DNA of 32,000 nt from Zymomonas mobilis subsp. mobilis ATCC 10988 (GTDB lineage Bacteria; Pseudomonadota; Alphaproteobacteria; Sphingomonadales; Sphingomonadaceae), in the NCBI RefSeq assembly GCF_000175255.2, contig NC_017262.1, positions 450,001 to 482,000 on the forward strand, written 5' to 3'. The notes below the pieces were generated by a model that did no database searches, was not told the origin of the DNA, and saw only the letters and a list, made by a program, of their open reading frames with translations. The position numbers and the translations under genes were made by a program. Of this stretch, positions 9,541 through 19,189 are shown one piece after another; positions within the stretch are counted from its first letter, which is position 1, and each line of letters opens with the position of its first letter.

Positions 9541-11799
9541 ATGGGGATGAGCGATTCCAGAAAATCGGCTCTTAAATTATTCAAATTCTATAGTGCTGCC
9601 AGCATATTGGCACTTTCATCTATTGTTACTTTATCGCCTTCTTATGCTGCAGCGGATGAAAATTCTTCTGCCGAAGAGAGCTCTCCCCCATCAGAAAACA
9701 GCACCTCAAAAACAGAAAATGCGGTGCCATCGAATGCCACAGGCAAAGACATTCTGGTGACCGCGCAAAGATTAAACGAAGCTCGCGCTCAAATTCAGTC
9801 TCACTTGGGTGCAACCGTTTATTCAATGGATCAAAAACAGATTGAATCTATTCCAGGTGGCTATAATCAGCAGATGAATAATATCCTGCTGCAAATGCCG
9901 GGGGTAACTCAGGATCAATTCAGCCAAGTTCATATTCGGGGCGATCATAACAATCTACAATATCGTATTAACGGTATTATTTTACCGGAAGGCATTTCGG
10001 TTTTTGGTCAAACCTTGGCGCCTCGTATGATCGATAAAATGGATTTGATTACGGGGGCATTACCGGCACAATACGGCCTAAGAACCGCAGGTATTATTGA
10101 TATTACGACCAAAAGTGGCCTGCAAAAAAATGGTGGAACGGCCTCCATTTACGGCGGCAGCCATGAAACGATCATCCCAAGCGTTCAATATGGCGGATCG
10201 ACCGGATCGACCAATTATTATGTCACCGGAGAATATCGCCATACAGCCTTGGGAATCGACAGTATCGACGGTTCTTCAACCCCGCTGCATGATCACAGCA
10301 ATCAAGGTAATTTCTTCGGTTATCTCGATCATATCCTTGATGACAGCAACCGTATTTCCTTGATGGCCGGTTATTCCCAGCAGAATTTCCAAATTCCGAA
10401 CCCGAAAAATATCCATCCGGGGGAAAACGGAACAACCGGCTTTAATCTGAATGGCCAGACTGACTATCGCAGTAATGACCTTGATGAAAATCAGAGAGAA
10501 CGGACGGGCTTTGCCCAACTGGCTTTCATGCATGATTCAGGGCCTTTCTCGATGCAGGCCTCCATCTTTGGCCGCTATTCTTCTCTTGATTATTATCCTT
10601 CTGTCGCAGGTGAGTTGATCTTCAACGGGATGGCGCAACGGATTACACGCAGGAATGTCGCCTTTGGCTTGCAATATGATGCGTCATGGCATGTCAGCAA
10701 ACATCACACATTACGCGGTGGTTTCTTCTTTGATCGGGAACGGGGTAGCACTTTTTCAACATCCTCGGTTTTTGCCGCCGATGATGACGGTAATCAGACG
10801 AGTACGACGCCGCTATCCATTGTTGATAACAGCGGGAAAACCCAACTGACCTACAGCGCCTATGTTCAGGATGAATGGAAACTCGCTCAAAATTTGACCT
10901 TTAACTATGGTGTTCGTTTTGATCTTTATTCCAGCTATCGGACAGAACACCAATTTAGCCCCCGCGCGAATTTGACATGGCAACCGACTAAATCAACGGC
11001 CTTGCATGTCGGCTATTCGCGCTATTTCTCCCCGCCTCCCTTTGAGTTGGTCGGTTACAGAACGATCAGCCGCTTTAATGGAACAACCGGCGCGGCAACA
11101 GGGGTAAACAAGGCTACAACACCTTATGCCGAACGGCAAAATTACTATGATGCCGGTATCCAGCAAAAAATCGGCAAAGACTTCACTTTCGGAGTCGATG
11201 GTTACTATCGTCGCTCTCATAATCTGATTGATGAAGGCCAATTTGGCGAAGCTATCCTGATGACACCGTTCAATTATAGTCGCGGTAAAATCTGGGGTAT
11301 CGACTTTAACAGCAGCTATACGCATGGTGGTTGGCGCGTCTATGGCAACTTCGCCTATCAGAAGGCCTTAGGGAAGAAGATCAAATCCAGCGAATATAAT
11401 TTCGAAGCCGATGATCTCGCTTATATCGCGCAACATTACATCTATCTGGATCATAACCAGAGCTGGACGGCTTCTGGTGGCGTTTCCTATACCTTCCATG
11501 ATGGTGTTTTGAAAAACCTGCAATTAGGCGCAACGGCTCTTTATGGTTCAGGTCTCAGAACGGATCTGACTTTGGCCAATGGCGATACCATTCCGAATGG
11601 AGCCAGCGTTAAACCCTATGCCACGGTCAACACGACAATCATGTATCGTATTGAAAGACAAGGCATCAATCTGCGCTTTGATATCACCAATATCGGTGAT
11701 CATGTTTATCAGATCAGAACGGGGGATGGTGTCGGTGTCGGCTTGCCTTCTTATGGTGCCAGACGCGGATTTTACTTTGGATTTTCGAAAGATATCTAA
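9541..11799 (+). CDS. TonB-dependent outer membrane receptor; start may be 9547
   Basis: 752 aa ORF with signal sequence, plug domain (IESIPGGYNQQMNNILLQMPGVTQDQFSQVHIRGDHNNLQYRINGIILPEG) and beta-barrel ending in GARRGFYFGFSKDI; GGGGG spacing favours the second ATG. Confidence 0.93.
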   Translation: MGMSDSRKSALKLFKFYSAASILALSSIVTLSPSYAAADENSSAEESSPPSENSTSKTENAVPSNATGKDILVTAQRLNEARAQIQSHLGATVYSMDQKQIESIPGGYNQQMNNILLQMPGVTQDQFSQVHIRGDHNNLQYRINGIILPEGISVFGQTLAPRMIDKMDLITGALPAQYGLRTAGIIDITTKSGLQKNGGTASIYGGSHETIIPSVQYGGSTGSTNYYVTGEYRHTALGIDSIDGSSTPLHDHSNQGNFFGYLDHILDDSNRISLMAGYSQQNFQIPNPKNIHPGENGTTGFNLNGQTDYRSNDLDENQRERTGFAQLAFMHDSGPFSMQASIFGRYSSLDYYPSVAGELIFNGMAQRITRRNVAFGLQYDASWHVSKHHTLRGGFFFDRERGSTFSTSSVFAADDDGNQTSTTPLSIVDNSGKTQLTYSAYVQDEWKLAQNLTFNYGVRFDLYSSYRTEHQFSPRANLTWQPTKSTALHVGYSRYFSPPPFELVGYRTISRFNGTTGAATGVNKATTPYAERQNYYDAGIQQKIGKDFTFGVDGYYRRSHNLIDEGQFGEAILMTPFNYSRGKIWGIDFNSSYTHGGWRVYGNFAYQKALGKKIKSSEYNFEADDLAYIAQHYIYLDHNQSWTASGGVSYTFHDGVLKNLQLGATALYGSGLRTDLTLANGDTIPNGASVKPYATVNTTIMYRIERQGINLRFDITNIGDHVYQIRTGDGVGVGLPSYGARRGFYFGFSKDI

Positions 11800-11814
11800 C
11801 CGTTATGAAGTCTT

Positions 11815-11847
11815 TCACAGGATAAGGTCTTGTTCCTTATCCTGTGA
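11815..11847 (+). terminator. Strong stem-loop after the TonB receptor gene, no U-tract
   Basis: Perfect 13-bp stem TCACAGGATAAGG/CCTTATCCTGTGA with 7-nt loop TCTTGTT, followed by GGATTTACTC. Confidence 0.5.
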
Positions 11848-11865
11848 GGATTTACTCATAATATT

Positions 11866-12069
11866 ATGAAACTTGGCATCAGAAAACCCAGCATCCGCAA
11901 AAGCATTGCGGCCAGAACTTCCCCTACTCGCATCATCAAAAATAAATTGGGATTGCGGATGCCTCGTGGCTGGGGCTGGCTTACCGATCCGAAAAAAGCG
12001 CTTTATAACCGCGTTTATAATCGCACCAGTTTTTCTATTTTTGATCTGATCAAAAAACTTCTTAAGTAA
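11866..12069 (+). CDS. Small basic protein of unknown function (67 aa)
   Basis: ORF MKLGIRKPSIRKSIAARTSPTRIIKNKLGLRMPRGWGWLTDPKKALYNRVYNRTSFSIFDLIKKLLK fills the gap before convergent gltX; I recall similar small alphaproteobacterial proteins but could not check. Confidence 0.65.
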   Translation: MKLGIRKPSIRKSIAARTSPTRIIKNKLGLRMPRGWGWLTDPKKALYNRVYNRTSFSIFDLIKKLLK

Positions 12070-12089
12070 TTTGACCAGATCAATAGATC

Positions 12090-13424
12090 TTATTTTACGG
12101 CTTGTTCCAGACGTTTAATGGCTTTTTCATGGCCAATCAAAGATAGTAATCCTGCCATATCGGGGCCATGGCTTTGTCCTGTCAAAGCAAAACGCAGCGG
12201 CAGGAACAGGGCTTTGCCTTTACGTCCGCTCTGTTTTTTCAAAATATCAATCCATTCTTTCCACGGATTGGAAGACCAATCGAGCGTTTTGGCAATGGCC
12301 ATCGCTTCAACCAGATAGGCCTTATCCTCTGCGGAAAGATCAGGCTTGGCGATGTCTTCTTTGACGACCGACCACCAAAAGGCTGCCTCGGATAAATCAT
12401 CTATATTCGGACGGATAACTTCCCAACTATGGGCATCCATAGCTTCCGGCAAACGATCTGCGACCTGTTCATAAGGCATGATATGAAGAATACGGGCATT
12501 CAGATGCTTTAATTCTGCCATATCGAAACGGGCTGGGGCGCGGCTGAAATGACTAAAGTCAAAATTTTCAACCAAAGGTGCCAAATCCGTCAGAACTTCA
12601 ACCGGATCGCTCGTGCCAATACGGGCAAGCAAAGCCTCCAAGGCAATCGGCTCGATATGATCGGCTTTGAAATCAGCGACACTATCGGCACCAAAACGCT
12701 TCGATATTTTTGCATCGCCCCCCGTCAACAAGGCCATATGGGCGAATTCAGGCAATTCAGCTTCCAAAGCCTGAAACATCTGAATTTGGGTCGCTGTATT
12801 GCTGACATGATCTTCACCGCGAACAATGGTGGTGATTTCCATATCAATATCATCAATGACACTCGGCAACAGATAAAGCCAACTGCCATCTGCACGACGG
12901 ATAACGGGATCTGAAAGCAACTTGGGGTCAAAGCGCTGTTCACCCCGAATAAGATCATTCCATTTAATGGCATGATCGTGATCCAGACGAAAACGCCAAT
13001 GAGGTTTAATGCCTTTTTCTTCCAGTTCCGAACGCTCTTCAATTGTCAGATTAAGCGCAGCTCGATCATAAATCGGCGGCAATCCACGTCCAATCGCAAT
13101 GCGGCGTTTTAAATCCAGTTCCTGTGGCGTTTCGTAACAAGGATAAATACGCCCTTTCGCCTTCAGGCTTTCAAAACGGATTTCATAAAGCTCGCTTCGC
13201 TTGGACTGGCTATATTCGACATCTGGGTTAAGATTAAGCCAAGCCAAATCAGCCCGAATAGCTTGGGTATATTCTTCGGTTGATCTTTCGCTATCGGTAT
13301 CATCAATCCGCAAGACAAAACGGCCATGATGATGGCGGGCATAAAGCCAGTTGATTAAAGCCGTCCGAATATTGCCGACATGTAAAAAGCCCGTCGGCGA
13401 TGGTGCAAAGCGCGTAGTAATCAC
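12090..13424 (-). CDS. gltX: Glutamyl-tRNA synthetase
   Basis: 444 aa ORF with class I signature TRFAPSPTGFLHVGNIRTALINWL and KISKRFG (KMSKS-like). Confidence 0.97.
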   Translation of the reverse strand: MITTRFAPSPTGFLHVGNIRTALINWLYARHHHGRFVLRIDDTDSERSTEEYTQAIRADLAWLNLNPDVEYSQSKRSELYEIRFESLKAKGRIYPCYETPQELDLKRRIAIGRGLPPIYDRAALNLTIEERSELEEKGIKPHWRFRLDHDHAIKWNDLIRGEQRFDPKLLSDPVIRRADGSWLYLLPSVIDDIDMEITTIVRGEDHVSNTATQIQMFQALEAELPEFAHMALLTGGDAKISKRFGADSVADFKADHIEPIALEALLARIGTSDPVEVLTDLAPLVENFDFSHFSRAPARFDMAELKHLNARILHIMPYEQVADRLPEAMDAHSWEVIRPNIDDLSEAAFWWSVVKEDIAKPDLSAEDKAYLVEAMAIAKTLDWSSNPWKEWIDILKKQSGRKGKALFLPLRFALTGQSHGPDMAGLLSLIGHEKAIKRLEQAVK

Positions 13425-13436
13425 AAGAAAACCCGA

Positions 13437-15113
13437 TCAGGAATGAGAAGAACGAAATTGATGGGAAAGCGGATAACGGCGATCCCGCCCGAAATTGCGG
13501 CTACCCAGTTTCACACCGGGGGGAGCCTGCCTTCTTTTATATTCGGCACGATGGAGCAGATTTTCAATCCGCGTGACCAAATCAGGATCATAGCCGCGTT
13601 TGACCAGATCAGAACAGGACAAATCCTCTTCAATCAAGCCATGCAAGACAGCATCCAATATATCATAAGGAGGTAATGAATCGCTATCTTTTTGATCTTC
13701 CCGCAATTCTGCGGAAGGTGGCTTGGTAATCACTCGATCGGGCATGACATAGCCATCGGGGCCTAAAGCATGGGCAGGTTTATGGCTATTTCTCCAACGG
13801 GATACCTTAAAGACATCACTTTTATAAAGATCTTTCAGGACAGAATAGCCGCCATTCATATCGCCATAAAGGGTCGCATAGCCAACGGCCATTTCACTTT
13901 TATTTCCCGTGGTTAACACCATTGGAGAAAATTTATTGGAAATCGCCATTAACACGACCCCGCGCAAACGGGATTGAATGTTTTCTTCGGTAATATCAGG
14001 CTTTTTCCCTGAAAAAAGTGGAGCCAGCATCCCGTCAATAGCTTCAACCGCCGGATTGATGGGAACAGAATCTAACCGACATCCCAGCATCTCGGCACAA
14101 GCGCGCGCATCATCAAGGCTTTCTTGACTAGTATAGCGAGAAGGCAGCATCACGCACCAGACTTTATCTGCACCAAGGGCATCTACTGCGACCGCCGCCG
14201 AAAGCGCGCTGTCAATACCACCGGATAAGCCCAGCAAAACACCAGAAAAACCATTCTGGCGGACATAATCGCCAAGCCCCATCATCATGGCTTGATAAAT
14301 ATCGCTTAATCGCCCGTCTTCACCCTCTGAGATTTTACTCTGTAAACCCTCATCACAAGACCAACCTTCTTCGGTCTTATGCCAACGAGTTACATAACAA
14401 TCCGCCTGCCATCGCGGCAGAGAGACAGGCACTGCACCATCTCGATTGACAACAAAAGAGCCACCATCAAAAACGACTTCATCCTGTCCACCGACCCTGT
14501 TCAGATACAGGCAGGGCAATCCTGTTTCTTTAACCCGATCTGCAACAACTTTACGCCGAACCGGATATTTACCGCTTTCAAAAGGACTGCCATTCGGCAC
14601 AAGAAGTATTTCCGCTCCGCGTTCTTTCAGATGATCACAGAGTTTTTCTGTCCAGATATCTTCACAAACAGGAATACCAAGAGAGACATCTCTAAACAAA
14701 ACAGGTTCAGGAAGAGGTCCCGCTGAAAAAATCCGCTTTTCGTCAAAGGTGCCGTAATTTGGCAAGTCATGTTTATAGCGAATAGCCGCAATTTTACCTT
14801 GATCCAGCAAGGCAACGGCATTGAAAATCCGCCCCTTTTCCTGCCATGCCGTTCCAACCAACATTGCCGCCCCGCCATCAGATGTCGCAAGAGCCAAACG
14901 CTCCAATTCTTCCTTGGCATTTTGCAATAAAGACGGCTTTAAAACGAGATCTTCGGGAGGATAACCGATCAATTGCAATTCAGGAAACAGGATAAGATCA
15001 ACCTTCCCCGCTTCTTGCCTGATTTTCAGCATAGCATCCGCATTACGGCGGCAATGACCGACCGTTTGCGGGATTTGAGCTAACAGTATTGTCAATTGGT
15101 CAGTCATGCTCAT
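13437..15113 (-). CDS. nadE: Glutamine-dependent NAD+ synthetase
   Basis: 558 aa ORF: nitrilase-like amidase domain (LILFPELQLIGYPPEDL, GIPVCEDIW) plus NadE domain (GLSGGIDSALSAAVAVDALG, LTTGNKSEMAVGY). Confidence 0.96.
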   Translation of the reverse strand: MSMTDQLTILLAQIPQTVGHCRRNADAMLKIRQEAGKVDLILFPELQLIGYPPEDLVLKPSLLQNAKEELERLALATSDGGAAMLVGTAWQEKGRIFNAVALLDQGKIAAIRYKHDLPNYGTFDEKRIFSAGPLPEPVLFRDVSLGIPVCEDIWTEKLCDHLKERGAEILLVPNGSPFESGKYPVRRKVVADRVKETGLPCLYLNRVGGQDEVVFDGGSFVVNRDGAVPVSLPRWQADCYVTRWHKTEEGWSCDEGLQSKISEGEDGRLSDIYQAMMMGLGDYVRQNGFSGVLLGLSGGIDSALSAAVAVDALGADKVWCVMLPSRYTSQESLDDARACAEMLGCRLDSVPINPAVEAIDGMLAPLFSGKKPDITEENIQSRLRGVVLMAISNKFSPMVLTTGNKSEMAVGYATLYGDMNGGYSVLKDLYKSDVFKVSRWRNSHKPAHALGPDGYVMPDRVITKPPSAELREDQKDSDSLPPYDILDAVLHGLIEEDLSCSDLVKRGYDPDLVTRIENLLHRAEYKRRQAPPGVKLGSRNFGRDRRYPLSHQFRSSHS

Positions 15114-15205
15114 CAGATCGGAATCCTTACCAGAAAAGGCTTCCGATCCTTTCCTCCTTAAAATTCAGGCAGATGGTCAAACAGCCTGTAACAGACAAAA
15201 AAGAA

Positions 15206-15260
15206 AATGCCTTCATTTGTTCCTTTGCCCCAAAGAGTTACAAATGAAAAGGCATATCCT
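15206..15260 (-). terminator. Terminator after the PAS-domain gene (minus strand)
   Basis: ATGCCTTCATTTGT pairs with ACAAATGAAAAGGCAT (2-nt bulge); the minus-strand reading continues into TTTTCTTTTTTGTC. Confidence 0.65.
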
Positions 15261-15339
15261 TTAAAAACACCAACCCTGAAATAGCTGCACGATTGGCCTT
15301 TAAAAAAGCCCAAGCTATTTCAGATAATTGGTGCTGATC

Positions 15340-16158
15340 TTATAGCTTTTTCAAAAGCGCCTTAAGACCTTCGTCGTCTTTCTCGACCATGGCAACAATG
15401 CCGATCTGATCATCTTTTTCACGGCGACCTAACAACAGAACAAAATCTTTACCAACAGGTCCCAGATCGACGATCGCCTTTGCAGGGGCTTTCTTCAATG
15501 AAGCCAGACTATCACTGCTTTTTATCATTGGAATAGCGGAATGATCGGCTTTTTCTCCAGAAGCCTTATGGCTATCCACCGCTGACAATTCACTGGCAAC
15601 GGTCTGCAAAAGAGATGATTTTGCCTTACTCTTATCTTCAGAGAGAATTTTCCAATTCACGACCCCATAAAGATGGTCAATATGCTCACCATCCGAAGAA
15701 AAAGGCATAAAGATGCCGCGATAGATCAAAGACTGACCCAGATAGGTTTCAAAGTCAGCCTCAAAGCCAACAGGGCCTTTTTGTTCAATTACCGCTGCAA
15801 AATGAGGGGCAGTTGCCATATGGGCAATCAGACTACCTTCGGGGGCATCTGAAATATGATTGACATGATATGTCAGTTTATCCAGCTCGCGTAAGGCATA
15901 TCCTAGAAAGGATATCTTCGGATTATGGGGATTTTCTCGAAAATCCAGCAAGAAGCTGTGCTGCCCGAAATCAGCGATAGCAGCCGGATCAAAATCGCTC
16001 ACCAATGGAATTTTGTGACCGTTTAATACCGACAGCCAAAAATTATAGGCGCGTACATGCATCCGGCGATCATATGCCCCAATCGCCTTCATAACGCCTT
16101 CACTTCCCCCCCTTGGGAAAACAGGAGCCTCGATCTCTTTTCTCTGACTGTCCGTCAT
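15340..16158 (-). CDS. PAS-domain protein of the alphaproteobacterial PAS_5 type
   Basis: 272 aa ORF with KIPLVSDFDPAAIADFGQHSFLLDF..FLGYALREL and YRGIFMPFSSDG..HIDHLYGVVNW. Confidence 0.7.
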   Translation of the reverse strand: MTDSQRKEIEAPVFPRGGSEGVMKAIGAYDRRMHVRAYNFWLSVLNGHKIPLVSDFDPAAIADFGQHSFLLDFRENPHNPKISFLGYALRELDKLTYHVNHISDAPEGSLIAHMATAPHFAAVIEQKGPVGFEADFETYLGQSLIYRGIFMPFSSDGEHIDHLYGVVNWKILSEDKSKAKSSLLQTVASELSAVDSHKASGEKADHSAIPMIKSSDSLASLKKAPAKAIVDLGPVGKDFVLLLGRREKDDQIGIVAMVEKDDEGLKALLKKL

Positions 16159-16352
16159 ATTTTTGGGTCTTTGCCTTCGTCAATTTTCAGGTAATCACGT
16201 CGATTATTTGTGGATATGCTTTATCCACTTTCAAACGAAGGGCGTAAAGACAATAAGCTTAAAATATCGCTAACAGAAAATTATTTCTGTCTAATTGCAA
16301 AATTATGCTTGAGCTTTCTGAAGAGGGTTGCTAAGAGCCACAACTCTGTTGC

Positions 16353-16428
16353 GCCGCTTTAGCTCAGCTGGTAGAGCATCGCATTCGTAATGCGAGGGCC
16401 GCAGGTTCGAGTCCTGCAAGCGGCACCA
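16353..16428 (+). tRNA. tRNA-Thr (anticodon CGT)
   Basis: GCCGCTTTAGCTCAGCTGGTAGAGCATCGCATTCGTAATGCGAGGGCCGCAGGTTCGAGTCCTGCAAGCGGCACCA; acceptor GCCGCTT/AAGCGGC, anticodon loop TTCGTAA. Confidence 0.97.
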
Positions 16429-16784
16429 GAATTTTTGCCTTTATCTCTCGGCAATAACCTCCTTAAAAATTCAACTATACTTTATCTATTATCGCTTGAT
16501 AATGGCTGCCTTCGGCTGTTCATTCGCCCTATTTAGGCTATCCATTCTAAAAAATGCCCACCAATATGAAAATCAACTTATAAATAAGACTTGATGATAG
16601 ATTGTAATCACCAAACTTATTTTACAGATATTCCATATTTTTTAATTGTAAAATCAGTATGTTATAAAAATTATGAAGTCAAAAATCGACTTTTGGGGCT
16701 TCATCTAAGCCCGCTCTGTTTATTCTCTTTTTTTAGAAAAAATGTTAGATAATCCTCCCAATCTAGTATTGGGGATAATCAGCC

Positions 16785-17030
16785 GTGCATCGCTTCAACC
16801 ACAATATAATTAAAGAATTGCGAGATAAGGTAGATAATCTACCGGAAAAAGAGAAGTTAATAACCAAAAAAGATATCGTGAACGAGATGGTTTCTTCTAT
16901 CAAAATTCTTCACGAAAAAGGGTATTCCCCAGACGAAATTTTAGGATTTTTCAAAGAAAACGGGATATATAGTAACAACGGCTATATTATGTCTTTAATT
17001 GTGATGACTGTTTACTGTCACCCATCATGA
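16785..17030 (+). CDS. Small hypothetical protein, possibly related to plasmid/mobilisation-type small helical proteins
   Basis: 81 aa ORF (GTG start) in AT-rich DNA; the segment IKILHEKGYSPDEILGFFKENGI resembles short helical DNA-binding modules of mobilisation/accessory proteins. Confidence 0.45.
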   Translation: MHRFNHNIIKELRDKVDNLPEKEKLITKKDIVNEMVSSIKILHEKGYSPDEILGFFKENGIYSNNGYIMSLIVMTVYCHPS

Positions 17031-17192
17031 AAAGATAATCTGTTATGATAGCGACAAGAGAGAAAATAGAATAATCCGCCATTCCTCTTTTAAAATACAG
17101 CTGCATGAAAAGACTTTTGATATAGATATTACCTCAAATTGATTTATGAACCAGATCGTTATCTATATTTGATCTGATTATCCGAGGTTCTC

Positions 17193-18107
17193 TTGTTCAG
17201 TAGCGTATCTGCCGTCTTGTTTATCCTTCTTTGCGCCTTGGTTCCTGCGGCCACCATTATTTTTTGCCAGTTCAAAAATCGCCAACTCAAACGCCGCAGT
17301 CCTATTTCAGAACCGCTTCTTCCCCTGCCCGGCGAAACACTGCAAAAAAATCTAAATTTTGAAAATAATAAGTTGATAGCGGTCTTTTCTTTTTCCGCGC
17401 TTATCCCTTCAATTATTCTTATTTGCTTGATGGGACAGTGGATCAATCCCGCATTTGTGCAATTCCATTGGATCGACCTTTTATGGGCAATGATATGCGG
17501 TGCCTCAATAACCACCTCTGTCTATGCAACGAAAAGAATTATGGCTCGCCGGAAGGCCTTTACCGCAGGCCTGATGGGGGAAATGGCTACGGCTGAATAT
17601 TTCACCCCCTTAGTCAGAGAGGGATGGTATCTTTTTCACGATCTGTCTTTTCCTCGTGGAAATATCGACCATGTTCTCGTTGGACCAACAGGCATCTTTG
17701 CGATTGAAACAAAATATCGTTCAAAATATGCTGATATTAAAGGTGGCCAAGGCGCTTTGGCAGAATATGATGGCCACAGCATCCTTTTTAGTGGCCGCCG
17801 CCAAGAAGACCTTCCCTTACAACAGGCAAAAGCTGTCAGTGGCGAATTATCAAAATATTTACGGGGGAAATTGGGCTATACGGTTCCAGTCCGGCCTGTT
17901 GTTTCCTTACCGGGATGGAGAATAGAAAACTATTTGCCAGATGAAGAATCCGAAGTCATCGTGATTAATCCCAAAAATTTCCGTCGTCTAAAGAATTTTC
18001 AGGCCATTATTAACACCCCTGAAGCAATAAAAGTAACTAGCGCTTTGGAAGAAATTGCCAAAAAATCTCCCCAAAAACCCTTTTATAAGTCTATTATCAA
18101 AAGATAA
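17193..18107 (+). CDS. NERD (nuclease-related) domain membrane protein
   Basis: 304 aa ORF with hydrophobic N-terminal segments then GEMATAEYFTPLVREGWYLFHDLSFPRGNIDHVLVGPTGIFAIETKYRS, a NERD signature. Confidence 0.88.
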   Translation: MFSSVSAVLFILLCALVPAATIIFCQFKNRQLKRRSPISEPLLPLPGETLQKNLNFENNKLIAVFSFSALIPSIILICLMGQWINPAFVQFHWIDLLWAMICGASITTSVYATKRIMARRKAFTAGLMGEMATAEYFTPLVREGWYLFHDLSFPRGNIDHVLVGPTGIFAIETKYRSKYADIKGGQGALAEYDGHSILFSGRRQEDLPLQQAKAVSGELSKYLRGKLGYTVPVRPVVSLPGWRIENYLPDEESEVIVINPKNFRRLKNFQAIINTPEAIKVTSALEEIAKKSPQKPFYKSIIKR

Positions 18108-18142
18108 TATTGCTTCTGAACAGATTAAAGGCAGGTCGTCTC

Positions 18143-19189
18143 ATGGCATTTTCTGAAAGACTGGGAAATCTAGCAAAAGAAGCCTTTCGGTCTGTCGGTG
18201 CCTTCGTTGCGGAAGGTAAAATCTCGGGTGCCGCATTAGGCGTGATCACGGCTGACGGTCGGAAAGGATGTTACCTTGACGGCTTTGCCCAGATTATACC
18301 GCAAAAAGAAAAACTGACACGACAACATTATTTCGACCTTGCTTCTTTAACCAAGGTAATGGCGACAACACCGGCTATTTTAAAACTGGTCGATGATGGA
18401 ATCATTGATCTCGATCAACCTCTGACCAAAGCTATTCCTGACCTAAGACAATATGAAGTCGGTTCGGCCTATGAACGGACACTGACTTTCAGAGATTGCC
18501 TTACCCATAACACGCGTCTTCCCGCGGTAGAGCCTATTTATACCTATGGCAGCGATCCCAATCGGCTTCGGCATTTCATTTTGCAACGCAAATGGGAAAA
18601 AACTGCCACGCCCGTTTATTCTGACATCAATTTTATGTTGCTTGGTATTGCCTTGGAACGGCTACATCATGCTCCATTAATCACTTTACCCTTACCAAAG
18701 GGACTTACCTACACCCCACCCACCTCCCTTGCGGTGGCGACCGAAAATTGCGTTTTCCGCCACCGTGTTCTTAAAGGCGAAGTGCATGATGAGAATGCTT
18801 GGGCATTGGGGGGTGCGGCCGGTCATGCTGGTTTATTCGGTACAGTCGATGCGGTTCTTGACTTTGCCCAATCGCTTTTGAATGGCCAAGCGGCTTCTCC
18901 CAAAGCCTTGGAAGCGATCCGTCGCGTTTCAACCAATCCCAAAAGAACTCTTGGTTGGGAATGTAAATTTGATAACTGGGCAGGTGGTCAGGCTTGCTCC
19001 GATCAGAGCATTGGACATACCGGCTTTACTGGAACCGGATTATGGATAGATTTCGACCGTTCTTTGGCATGGACATTATTAACCAATCGCGTTCACCCTA
19101 CCCGCTTTTCAGGGGTACCTATGCAAGATATCCGGCGAAAAACGGGAAATGCCGTTATCGCAGGATGGGACAGCGCTCTTTCTTCATAA
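18143..19189 (+). CDS. Serine hydrolase, beta-lactamase/class C-like family (ORF extends to 18110 with a TTG start)
   Basis: SxxK motif (DLASLTKVMATTP), YSDINFMLLG, GHTGFTGTGLWIDF. Confidence 0.88.
   Translation: MAFSERLGNLAKEAFRSVGAFVAEGKISGAALGVITADGRKGCYLDGFAQIIPQKEKLTRQHYFDLASLTKVMATTPAILKLVDDGIIDLDQPLTKAIPDLRQYEVGSAYERTLTFRDCLTHNTRLPAVEPIYTYGSDPNRLRHFILQRKWEKTATPVYSDINFMLLGIALERLHHAPLITLPLPKGLTYTPPTSLAVATENCVFRHRVLKGEVHDENAWALGGAAGHAGLFGTVDAVLDFAQSLLNGQAASPKALEAIRRVSTNPKRTLGWECKFDNWAGGQACSDQSIGHTGFTGTGLWIDFDRSLAWTLLTNRVHPTRFSGVPMQDIRRKTGNAVIAGWDSALSS

Noticed and set aside
12549-12914. 121-aa plus-strand ORF inside gltX
   Set aside because: Shadow ORF opposite gltX; composition follows the gltX codons.
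14379-14726. 115-aa plus-strand ORF inside nadE
   Set aside because: Antisense to a clear NAD synthetase gene with no independent signature.
17159-17515. 118-aa minus-strand ORF overlapping the NERD gene
   Set aside because: Overlaps the N-terminal coding region of the NERD protein; no recognisable domain.
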